64,000 nucleotides of DNA from a virus. The stretch's first letter is position 1, and every line of letters begins with the position of its first letter. The position numbers and the translations under genes were made by a program. The stretch spans positions 6,802 through 70,801 of IMG/VR virus record IMGVR_UViG_3300035074_000077; one strand, written 5' to 3'. The notes under the pieces are model-generated. The model worked only from the letters and a program-made list of their open reading frames with translations, had not been told where the DNA came from and searched no databases. Shown piece by piece: positions 18,179-26,364 of the stretch.

Positions 18179-19333
18179 TCAGCCAAGCAGCACGGCGATA
18201 TGCTCGGACTTGACGCCCGCCGTGCCCCAGGCGAGGCCGACCTCGATTTTGATCCGGCGATACTGCCGATACAGCGCAACCTGAAAAGTGAGCCCCGAAA
18301 GCGGATCGGTAACCGCCATCACGTCGTCGGCAGCATCTCCCCCCTCGGGCATGGCCGGCTGGCGCGCCGCGAGCACCAGCGCATTCGGGGAGAAGCCGAA
18401 ATTGGGCGTGAAGCTGTTGCCGACGGTGATCGCATTGCCATCGGCGACGGCGACCCGGAGACCGGGGTTGCCGATCTTCAGATTGCCTCCAGACAGCGCC
18501 GTCTTCACCATGTATTTGTTCGCGGCATCGGCCGCGAAGGTGACGACGTCGCCGGCAAGGATCGTCCCGGCTCCGGTATCGGCCGGGATCGTCACGTCGC
18601 CGATGGCGTTCGTGGTGCCCGAGTTGGTGAAGTAGCCGGCGCCCGTGCCCTTCGTGTGAAGGGAAATGCCGCCGGAGTAGCCCATCACAAAGCCCTGGAG
18701 CATTCGCATCTGGCGCTGTCGCAGCATCGCGCCGGCGTCGCCGGCTTCGTTCACCTTGAACAGCACGGGCTGCTTGCCTTCGAGCTTCGCTTTCGCGGCC
18801 GAATTCAGAACCATGACGCGGCCCGTCTTCGGCGCGCCGTTGTCATCGAGAATTCGGTTGGTCTCGGACAGGTCCGTGAGATCATCGGCCGTCGCAAACG
18901 GAGTGGTGCCGGCCGTTCCATATGCCCGCGATGCATTCGCGAGAGCGGTCACAGCGAGGTCCGCCTCCACCGCATTCGAGAGCATGCGGAAGGCTTGCTC
19001 GAACTGATTGGCCAGGATCACGTTGTACTGGCCGAACTGGGAAACCGACTTTTGCTCCTCGCCGGTCCAACGGATCGGATAGGCTTTCGACTTGGTGATC
19101 ACGACATCGGCGTAATCGAGCACATGATCGCCGCTGTCGCCCGGATTGACGCCGGGCGTGATGTCCTCGAGCGATCCGGGCGGGACGATCGGGGAGCGGA
19201 CGGTCTGGCCGACCGCCCCGGATTCCGCCGTGGCGTCGCGGCTGACGTTCGGGATGAAGCCGATCTGCTCGCGAGAGACGACATCGAGCGCGGTATAGAT
19301 GGTCGGGACGAGACCCGTGAGGGTATTCGCCAT
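18179..19333 (-). CDS. Major capsid protein (P22 coat-like)
   Basis: MANTLTGLVPTIYTALDVVSRE..DPLSGLTFQVALYRQY; AAAGGA RBS. Confidence 0.93.
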   Translation of the reverse strand: MANTLTGLVPTIYTALDVVSREQIGFIPNVSRDATAESGAVGQTVRSPIVPPGSLEDITPGVNPGDSGDHVLDYADVVITKSKAYPIRWTGEEQKSVSQFGQYNVILANQFEQAFRMLSNAVEADLAVTALANASRAYGTAGTTPFATADDLTDLSETNRILDDNGAPKTGRVMVLNSAAKAKLEGKQPVLFKVNEAGDAGAMLRQRQMRMLQGFVMGYSGGISLHTKGTGAGYFTNSGTTNAIGDVTIPADTGAGTILAGDVVTFAADAANKYMVKTALSGGNLKIGNPGLRVAVADGNAITVGNSFTPNFGFSPNALVLAARQPAMPEGGDAADDVMAVTDPLSGLTFQVALYRQYRRIKIEVGLAWGTAGVKSEHIAVLLG

Positions 19334-19420
19334 CGGATGGTCCTTTCAATGCTGAGGGTGCGTGATTGGGCCATCCGGCCCGCAACGCCGCTCCTCATCC
19401 GAGGCGCGGCTGGTATTCGG

Positions 19421-20218
19421 TCAGTCGACCAGAGAGACCTTGTCGACCGTCATCGCCTTCATCTGCGCCGCGGCGTCGAGGCGACCGAACTCGGCGCGCG
19501 TCATGGTTTTCGCGCTGCCGGCGCTGCCGGCGCTCGGGCGCGCCCCGGTGCCGCTGGCGCCGGTGCCCTTGAGGATGTGATCCTTCTGCGGATAGGCGGC
19601 GACGAGCGAGGCCATCGCTTCGTCGAAATCGGCGATCTCGCCGGGGCGCGCAGACGAATAGATCACGTTGCCGGCCTGATCGTAGGCAACGACTCGGCCG
19701 TCCTCGAGCTTGAAGTTCTGCTCGAAACGGGCCTGGACGAGATCGACGGGGATGGACAGCTTGTCCTTGATGAACTGCGACCGTGCGAAAGCGCCGCCGA
19801 TCTTCTCGGAATGGAGCGCGTCCTCGAGCTTCGCGACCTTCGCGCGCTCGGCGGAGAGCTGCGCCTCGAACGCCTTCTGCGCTTCCGCCGCCTTGCTCTC
19901 GAGCGCGCGCGAAATGCCTTCCTTGACCTTCTCGACCTCGCCGGCGTCGATCAGCTTCTTCGCGTCGATATTGGCGATCTTGTCGAGCGCGTCGCGCGCG
20001 GCGGCGGGATCGATTCCCTCGAACGCCTTCAGCTTTTCGAGCGCTGCCTCTTTCGCTTCTCGATGGGTCTTCGCCTCGCCATTGAGCCGCGAGATCGTCG
20101 CGGCCGTGCCGGGGAGATCGATAGCGGCCTCGACGCCATCGTCATTCACATAGACCGGGCGGCCGTCCTTCACCTCGGCATAGGTGGCCCCGTCCTTCTC
20201 GATCGTCTTCAGTTTCAT
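19421..20218 (-). CDS. Capsid scaffold protein (DUF6651-like)
   Basis: MKLK..DGRPVYV..LNGEAKTHRE..KKLIDAGEVEKVK..EIADFDEA. Confidence 0.85.
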   Translation of the reverse strand: MKLKTIEKDGATYAEVKDGRPVYVNDDGVEAAIDLPGTAATISRLNGEAKTHREAKEAALEKLKAFEGIDPAAARDALDKIANIDAKKLIDAGEVEKVKEGISRALESKAAEAQKAFEAQLSAERAKVAKLEDALHSEKIGGAFARSQFIKDKLSIPVDLVQARFEQNFKLEDGRVVAYDQAGNVIYSSARPGEIADFDEAMASLVAAYPQKDHILKGTGASGTGARPSAGSAGSAKTMTRAEFGRLDAAAQMKAMTVDKVSLVD

Positions 20219-20247
20219 TTGCTGTCCTCTGGCTCATCCGAGCCCTG

Positions 20248-21801
20248 CTATGGTGCATCCGCACCGGGCGCCGGCGGCGCGACGCCGCCGGCCTGGGTTG
20301 CCGCGCCGGGGACAATCCCCGCCGCCGCGTCTGCTTCCGCAGCGGTCGGGTCGCCGGGCGCTTCGTCGAGAAGGCGCTGGCGCTCCTGTTCCGCATCGAA
20401 ATTCGATGAGAGCTTCCCGCGCCTCTTCAGCTCCGACCACAGCGTCTCTTGCGAGAGATCACCGTTCTCGCGGGCCTTGATGAGGTCGCCGCTCCCGTCG
20501 TCGTCGCGAAGATCGAGCGAGTCGTCGGACGCCATCTCGACCTCTATCGAGTCCGCTTCGCCGAGCCACATCGCAGTCAGGGCGAGCGCGTTTTCGAGCG
20601 TATCCTTGAAGTTCAGCTTCAGCGCTTCGATGACGCTGATCGCTTTGTCGCCGGCAAATGCTGCCGTGACCGTCGTGATGTTGCCGCTCTGCGCCGTCAG
20701 CGGTTGCCGGCCCAACTCGCGGAGCGCTTCCTCCGTCGCCTTCACCTGATCGGCGAGGAATCGCAGCGACTCGGCGCTCGGCTCGATGAACTGCCATTCG
20801 CCGTGATTCCCATCGGAATCCATCGGCGCATAGAGGACCGTCTTCGGCCCGACGGGAACCGCTATCGGCTTCCCGTCTTCATCCTTGGGCGGCGTGACTC
20901 CATTGCCGGCGAGCATCGGGAACGCGGTCAGCTCGCGCGCATATTTCAGCGCGCTCTCCTGCTGGAAGTGCTCGACCTGCAGTTCCGCAGCGTCCCGCAG
21001 GACCGGCTTGATGCGCCACGACGCGCCATAACGGCGCCCGGCGACGAAGGGGACGATCGGAATGACGCCGATGCTGATCGGCCCGCCGTCGCGACGCAGC
21101 CACTCATCCGCGCCGCCGGCGCTCGCCTTCTCGACACGCTCCCAAAGCTCCCATGTCGCCGGCCCGGCGGAGAGCGCGTTGCCGAGCTCGTCGCGCTCGA
21201 CCTCGCGGTCGAGGACGCGGACGAACTGGCGCTTCTTTTCTCCCCATCCGTCGCGCTCGACAGAGCATTCGGCGATGCGGGCATGAACGAAGGTCTCGAC
21301 TCCGCCGATCATCTCCGAATAGACGGCGAGCATCTGTTGTGCGGGGACATGAACCCAATAGGGGCGCGCGCCGATTTCGGCCTCTTGCGCGACCGTCGCG
21401 CCCTCAGGGACGCCCTTGGTGTAGTCGACAAAGATCCAGTCCAGCGCATAAGCGACGCCGGCATAGAACGACTGCGCCGCGAATTGATGGAGGTGCGAGC
21501 CGTGCCCGTCGATGCTTTCGATGAACGACCCGACCCGCGAGCTGGCGCCCGTGACCGCGATCTCGCCCCCGAACGGCTTCGACGCCAGCGTCTCGACGAT
21601 ATCGCCGAAGATGTTCGTGAACTTCGCGTTGGCGAGGCGGAACTTATAATCCGCGTCGGTCTCGTTCGGGAACTTCGGCAGATAGGCCGCTCCGGCCTTT
21701 CGCATCGTCTCAGCGCCGCCGAGGAGCGCGTCGACCAAGCGCCAATAGCGCCCCATGACATCGAAGTCAGAGGAGCGCTGGTCCGGTGTCTTGTTCGTCA
21801 T
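20248..21801 (-). CDS. Portal protein (DUF4055-like)
   Basis: GGAETMRKAGAAYLPKFPNE motif; follows terminase. Confidence 0.9.
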   Translation of the reverse strand: MTNKTPDQRSSDFDVMGRYWRLVDALLGGAETMRKAGAAYLPKFPNETDADYKFRLANAKFTNIFGDIVETLASKPFGGEIAVTGASSRVGSFIESIDGHGSHLHQFAAQSFYAGVAYALDWIFVDYTKGVPEGATVAQEAEIGARPYWVHVPAQQMLAVYSEMIGGVETFVHARIAECSVERDGWGEKKRQFVRVLDREVERDELGNALSAGPATWELWERVEKASAGGADEWLRRDGGPISIGVIPIVPFVAGRRYGASWRIKPVLRDAAELQVEHFQQESALKYARELTAFPMLAGNGVTPPKDEDGKPIAVPVGPKTVLYAPMDSDGNHGEWQFIEPSAESLRFLADQVKATEEALRELGRQPLTAQSGNITTVTAAFAGDKAISVIEALKLNFKDTLENALALTAMWLGEADSIEVEMASDDSLDLRDDDGSGDLIKARENGDLSQETLWSELKRRGKLSSNFDAEQERQRLLDEAPGDPTAAEADAAAGIVPGAATQAGGVAPPAPGADAP

Positions 21802-21804
21802 AGG

Positions 21805-23121
21805 TCAGCGAGAGCCCGCGTAGGTTCCGAAGATCGGGGAAGGCGCGACGTTCCCGAGCATCAATTCCGATATCGCCCACACCAGCGCGTCGGCGCGGTC
21901 CGGCGAGCCGTCCCCCGCATATCCATCCCCCGTCATCATGCAGAGTTGATCCTCGAGCGCCGGGAACGTCCCGACATGAGAGACGCGATTTTGCTCATAG
22001 AGCGCTGCGACAGGCTCCGCCCGAGCGACCTTGCTCCGGCTCGCCGTCACTTCCTTGTAGGGGATGCTCCGATCGACAGCGCGAATGACATTCTCCACCA
22101 TCGCGCCGCCGAAGTTCCGCTCCGCAATGATGCGGTCGGACTTGAACTCGCGATAGGCGGTCACGGCGCGCCGCCCCCAGCCATCCGGGGAGAGCTTGCA
22201 GGATCGATCGGCGAGCACATAGGCCCTGCCATCGACTCCCTTCCCGGCGACCACGATTCCCACTTCGTCGCCATCGTCGCCAGCGCCGCGCGTCCCGCTC
22301 GGGTCGATCGCGACGACGACACGCTGCATCTCCGGAGCCGACTGCGTCCTCGCGCCATCGATCGCGTCGCGCGCCCAAAGCGCGCCGGGAACGTCATCGA
22401 GAAGCTCGGCGTTCAGCTCCTGTCGGCCGAGGCGCGTTCCCTCGTAACGGCTGATGATCTGCTTGAAGAATCCTTCCGCAAGATTGGCGCGGTTGTCGTA
22501 CGTCGAGCCCCGCGTGACGACGGCGGCGGGGTTCGCCAGCAGCGCCTTCAAGACCTGCAGCGGCTTCGGCGTCGTGGTGATGACGCATTGCGGGTTCTGC
22601 CCGAGGCGCAATCCGAACTGCAGCATGTCCCAGGTCTCCTGCGCATATTGCCAGGCGCACAGCTCGTCTGCCCATGCCGCCCCGAATTGCGGGCCGCGGA
22701 GCGCCTCGGGGTCCTCCCCAGAATAGAGCGTGGCGATGGCTCCATTCCGCCAAGTCAGGCGGCGCTTCGACGGCTCATAGGTCGGTCGATCCCAGGGCGG
22801 GGAGCAAGCGAGGATCCCCGAAACGCCCTCGACCATCACGTCTCGGCCATCGGCCGCGGTCGGCGCGACGAGCGCGATGCGCCCGCAGGACTCTTTCAGC
22901 TCGCGCACCCACTCGGCGCCCGTCCGGCTCTTGCCGAACCCGCGACCCGCGAGAACGAGCCAAAACGCCCAATCCCCTGGCGGAGCGAGTTGCTCCGGGC
23001 GTGCCCAAAAGCGCCAATCGAATTCGAGCGCAGCAAGCTCATCGTCGGTTAAGTCAGCCAGTATCGCCTTCCGCTCCGCCTCGGGGAGCGAGGCAAGCGA
23101 GGCGGCGAGCGATTCTGTCAC
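21805..23121 (-). CDS. Terminase large subunit
   Basis: AGRGFGKS Walker A, WADE Walker B, TTTPK, AIDP nuclease Asp, SPDRADA. Confidence 0.96.
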   Translation of the reverse strand: MTESLAASLASLPEAERKAILADLTDDELAALEFDWRFWARPEQLAPPGDWAFWLVLAGRGFGKSRTGAEWVRELKESCGRIALVAPTAADGRDVMVEGVSGILACSPPWDRPTYEPSKRRLTWRNGAIATLYSGEDPEALRGPQFGAAWADELCAWQYAQETWDMLQFGLRLGQNPQCVITTTPKPLQVLKALLANPAAVVTRGSTYDNRANLAEGFFKQIISRYEGTRLGRQELNAELLDDVPGALWARDAIDGARTQSAPEMQRVVVAIDPSGTRGAGDDGDEVGIVVAGKGVDGRAYVLADRSCKLSPDGWGRRAVTAYREFKSDRIIAERNFGGAMVENVIRAVDRSIPYKEVTASRSKVARAEPVAALYEQNRVSHVGTFPALEDQLCMMTGDGYAGDGSPDRADALVWAISELMLGNVAPSPIFGTYAGSR

Positions 23122-23404
23122 GCGGGCTCACCTGGGCGGTTTCGATCGGGCCGCCGTTCGGCCCGGAATGCTCGACCGATGCGAGCCTGGGGTGCATGTA
23201 AGGGGCCGCCGCTTTGGCGGCGTCCAGCGCCATGGCGTCGTCTTTCTTCCGCTCTGCCCGACGCATGATGGTGATCATCACCTCGAGGGGCGTCTTCCCT
23301 CTCGCGGCGATCTTCTCGGCGACCTCGCGGGTTCGCCCGGTCAATCCGCCTTTCTTGCGTCCGGCGCCGGGGCGGGCGCCGCCATGGCCGCCAGTTCTCG
23401 CCAT
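23054..23404 (-). CDS. Terminase small subunit
   Basis: GGARPGAGRKKG..TPLE..AKAAAPYMHPRL..EHSGPNGGPI. Confidence 0.85.
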   Translation of the reverse strand: MARTGGHGGARPGAGRKKGGLTGRTREVAEKIAARGKTPLEVMITIMRRAERKKDDAMALDAAKAAAPYMHPRLASVEHSGPNGGPIETAQVSPRDRIARRLACLAPRGGAEGDTG

Positions 23405-23490
23405 TCTTGAATACCTTGATTTTTGACGGCCGATTTTGATTTAGCGGTGTGGCGGTCGTCTCATAGTCCCCAGAGCCGCCCCGGCGACAA

Positions 23491-23527
23491 TCTGTTAGAC
23501 TTATGCGTCGGGTCTGTTAGACTTATG
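23491..23527. repeat. 15-bp direct repeat TCTGTTAGACTTATG, 22-bp period
   Basis: Exact copies at 23491-23505 and 23513-23527. Confidence 0.85.
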
Positions 23528-23529
23528 GG

Positions 23530-23715
23530 ATGGCCATTCGGTTTGTCCCTTGCACCCCGCCGCGTATCGCAGACGCAGAGCCTGCGACGCCTCCCGAGCC
23601 AGAGAAGCCGAAGAGGAAGCGTGCCCCGAAGGGGAGCTTCGATCGCAACGCGTATCAGCGAGAACTGATGCGGAAGAGGCGCGCGGCGGAGAAAGCCGCG
23701 AAGGGCGCGCCATAG
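23530..23715 (+). CDS. Small basic protein
   Basis: FDRNAYQRELMRKRRA motif; divergent from terS. Confidence 0.55.
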   Translation: MAIRFVPCTPPRIADAEPATPPEPEKPKRKRAPKGSFDRNAYQRELMRKRRAAEKAAKGAP

Positions 23716-23829
23716 GCGCTCCCGCTCTCTTGGCGGTGTGAGAAAGGGACCGGACGGCGCGATAGCCCCGGATCGCTCGCGGGGCCGCGCTGTCCTTGAA
23801 CAGGCGCTCCACCCAGCGCCGGCCGATAT

Positions 23830-23904
23830 TGGAGCCCTAGGCAGGATTTGAACCTGCGACCCGCCCCTTACGAAGGGGCCGCTCTACCACTGAGCTACAC
23901 GGGC
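23830..23904 (-). tRNA. tRNA-Thr(CGU), encoded CCA
   Basis: GCCCGTG TA GCTC AGTGGTA GAGC G GCCCC TTCGTAA GGGGC GGGTC GCAGG TTCAAAT CCTGC CTAGGGC T CCA; two acceptor-stem mismatches. Confidence 0.93.
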
Positions 23905-23909
23905 AGAAT

Positions 23910-24320
23910 TGAAGACCGCCCCGCGCGTTTCCCGGCCTAGGAAACTGAGAGCGCGCGGGGCAGGTCAACCCACCATTCCTGGCAGGGAATGCTTTCGAGA
24001 CGCCGGGGCCATAATTGCAGCTATACGCCCCAGGAGACGCAGCGGCATGCTGCCAGCCATCTGCTTGCCGGCGTCGCCGCCGACTGCCGTCTCGAAACCT
24101 TCCTGCCTGCGTCGCGGCTCGGAGAGTATGGGGGCTCTCCGATCGCCAAAGCCATGGTGCGTTAATTCGCCGGCTCTCGCCGTGGCCGCAGGCACTATAT
24201 GAATTCTCGCGCTTTCAGCCTCCTGTGGGAGCGCCTCGCGCGTCGGTTCTTGGGTTCTAGGCAGCTCGTTGAACACCGAAAAACAACGAGGTCCTAGGGG
24301 GCGGCTTTACGCCCCTTGCA
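23910..24320 (-). ncRNA. Putative structured RNA (multi-stem junctions) upstream of tRNA-Thr
   Basis: Nested perfect stems 23918-27/23952-61, 23993-24002/24088-97, 24104-11/24187-94, 24265-71/24284-90; GAGA tetraloop on - strand; no convincing ORF. Confidence 0.55.
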
Positions 24321-24621
24321 AAGCGTGCGCGCTGCGCGCGCCGGCGGCGATCGGAGCGCCTGGGTTGTTCCGGCAGAAGCTGCGATGTCGCGCCTCGGCT
24401 GCATCTTTCGGCGCTGCAGCGTCGAAGTCCGCCAAGATCGCGGAGCGGTCGAAGCTCGCCTTGTTCCCGTCGGCAAGCAATTCCTCGAGGAGGTCCTTGA
24501 GGAGCGGATAGTTCCCAGAGCAGCCGAGGGTTCCGCAGAGCTCCCGGGCAACCGCGCCGGGGCTGCGCCCGGGCGTCGATTCCAGTTCGATCAGTTCTTC
24601 GATCTGCGGCCGCTTGTCCAT
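24307..24621 (-). CDS. Hypothetical protein embedded between structured RNA blocks
   Basis: AGGAG RBS ahead of ATG; 104 aa. Confidence 0.55.
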   Translation of the reverse strand: MDKRPQIEELIELESTPGRSPGAVARELCGTLGCSGNYPLLKDLLEELLADGNKASFDRSAILADFDAAAPKDAAEARHRSFCRNNPGAPIAAGARSAHALQGA

Positions 24622-24639
24622 GTGGGGGTGCTCCTGCTG

Positions 24640-24940
24640 TGTCGGGCGCGCTGCGCGCGCCGCCCACCCGGCCCTACATCAGAGCTCCGCGAGGGTCGCG
24701 AGGTTTCGGGCCGGGCAGGCGAAGGGAACGAGCGGTTCAGCTTCCTGTCCGGGGTCGACGACCGTCCAGGTGCCATGGCTTTGTGACGTTGCCCGGAAGA
24801 CGCAGAGCGTCCGGGGCGTAGCCATCTCCGATCAAGCTCTCGCGCGAGGGGCGCATTCTTTGAGGCTTCGCTGGCACCCTCAATCGCTGAACCGCTCGAA
24901 ACTGATGGGGCGCTCCGCGCCCGCGGGGTTCTGGCCGCCT
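24640..24940 (-). ncRNA. Putative structured RNA with possible pseudoknot
   Basis: 13-bp perfect closing stem 24729-41/24886-98 enclosing several hairpins; loop 24872-77 complementary to 24770-75. Confidence 0.5.
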
Positions 24941-24941
24941 C

Positions 24942-25313
24942 TCAGTGCCTCAGGCACAGCGGTGACCTTATCTCGGGCGCGAGAATTGCCGTTTTTGTCT
25001 CGCTCCGGCAACGAGTTTTTCCCGCGATATCTTCGGCGCGGCCGCGCTGCAGGGGCCGAACGACCTCGGATTTCGGGGATATTGCGGGCCGTTCGATATC
25101 TTCGCGGAATCTGAGTTCAAGTCGCTGTTTTTCCCGCGGCGCCCAACGCGCTTCGAATCCGCCGGCGTCGGGAGGGAGCGCCCCGCGCTTCCGCAGGATG
25201 GCGGCGGCATAGAGGCAGGCATGCAGCGCCATGAGATCGCCGGCGGCGACGCGCGGGTCTCCCACCATGCGCTCGTCGAGGCGGTGTTCGCGGATGATGG
25301 CGGCGCGCGTCAT
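24942..25313 (-). CDS. Hypothetical protein
   Basis: ATG at 25313 overlaps upstream stop (ATGA). Confidence 0.45.
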   Translation of the reverse strand: MTRAAIIREHRLDERMVGDPRVAAGDLMALHACLYAAAILRKRGALPPDAGGFEARWAPREKQRLELRFREDIERPAISPKSEVVRPLQRGRAEDIAGKTRCRSETKTAILAPEIRSPLCLRH

Positions 25314-25654
25314 TTCCTGCCGCCCCTCTCGCGCCCATAGGCCGCGCGGACGCGCCGATTGATCTCGACGAGCAGCATGGCGTCTTTGAGCGCTCCCGTG
25401 AACCCTCGATGCTCCATCGCGTCGAGAGCGACCTTCAGCCATCCGCGGACAAAGATGTCGCTCTCCTTTTCGAGAGCAGCCGAGATGATGCGCCTCGCCT
25501 TGGCGTAGCCGGCGCCCTCGCGGCCGAAGCAGAACCCTTCCTTCGCGCATTCCCCGGCGTCTGAGCACGCCGGCGGATAGCCATGGCAGAGCGCCATCGC
25601 CGCGCCGTAGGCTTCTGGCTCCGCATCGTGCGAGATATCGGGGCCGGCGCTCAC
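25310..25654 (-). CDS. Hypothetical Cys-containing protein
   Basis: GTGA-coupled; CHGYPPACSDAGEC. Confidence 0.55.
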   Translation of the reverse strand: MSAGPDISHDAEPEAYGAAMALCHGYPPACSDAGECAKEGFCFGREGAGYAKARRIISAALEKESDIFVRGWLKVALDAMEHRGFTGALKDAMLLVEINRRVRAAYGRERGGRK

Positions 25655-26298
25655 GGGCGCACCCCGTCTCTAATCACGCCCTCGAGGATGACGCGCATCG
25701 CCGCGTCGACACGGCGGTTCGCCGCCGCGCGCGAGCAATTCAGCGTCAAGCATTCTCGGCTGAAGGCCCAATTTCTGGCCTCGCACTCGATCCATAGGCG
25801 GAGCGCTGTTCGCGCGTTGTCATGTTCTGGTGCGCCGAGATAGCGCATCGGCCAATAGATCGCCTCTTCGATGCGGGAGATTTCTCGATCGCCGCCGACC
25901 CCCATGTGCGCCAGCGGCGCGCCGCCGGCGCGCGCCTGCTTTGCGCCGGCCTGCAACGCCGTCACCTGGTCCGAAAACTCGACCTCCGTCGCGTAGAGCG
26001 CGGGGTCGGGCCAGAAGCTGCGCATTGCGCCAGGCCCGACACGGCGGACCAATCGCTCGCACCCGCGCGCGGCCTCACGCAGCCGGACCCGGACATGCTC
26101 GACCGTCCATTGGAGCTCCGCAGTCCTGATCACAGACGACGCCAGCAGCCGCGCCGCCCGTTCCGGGCTGAAGCGGCCGTCAGCGTCTTCCGAAAAGTCT
26201 GACATCGCGGCCATGTCAGATGACATTTCTGACAGGACGCCATCATCACGCTTGGCGCGCTCAAATCCGCGCATTGTGGATTTCGCTTTTCCTGCCAT
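25651..26298 (-). CDS. DUF6362-like putative late transcription regulator
   Basis: WTVEHVRVRLREAA..FWP..ISRIEEAIYW with C-terminal HTH; Q-like position before late genes; true start may be downstream. Confidence 0.65.
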   Translation of the reverse strand: MAGKAKSTMRGFERAKRDDGVLSEMSSDMAAMSDFSEDADGRFSPERAARLLASSVIRTAELQWTVEHVRVRLREAARGCERLVRRVGPGAMRSFWPDPALYATEVEFSDQVTALQAGAKQARAGGAPLAHMGVGGDREISRIEEAIYWPMRYLGAPEHDNARTALRLWIECEARNWAFSRECLTLNCSRAAANRRVDAAMRVILEGVIRDGVRP

Positions 26299-26364
26299 CG
26301 CTTATCTCGTAATTCCCTGGAGCGGATCAAAACTCGAAAACTGACATCAGCGCTTTGCCGGCTG

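Noticed and set aside
18200-23052. Very long + strand ORFs (849 and 867 aa)
   Set aside because: Antisense shadows of capsid, portal and terminase genes in GC-rich DNA, with no motifs
23716-23829. HDV-like (theta) ribozyme after the tRNA
   Set aside because: Only simple hairpins; I could not build the nested double pseudoknot
24661-24720. Hammerhead-like GAAA and CUGAUG inside a stem on the - strand
   Set aside because: Core reads CUGAUGUA, only one internal hairpin is present, and no NUH cleavage triplet is correctly placed
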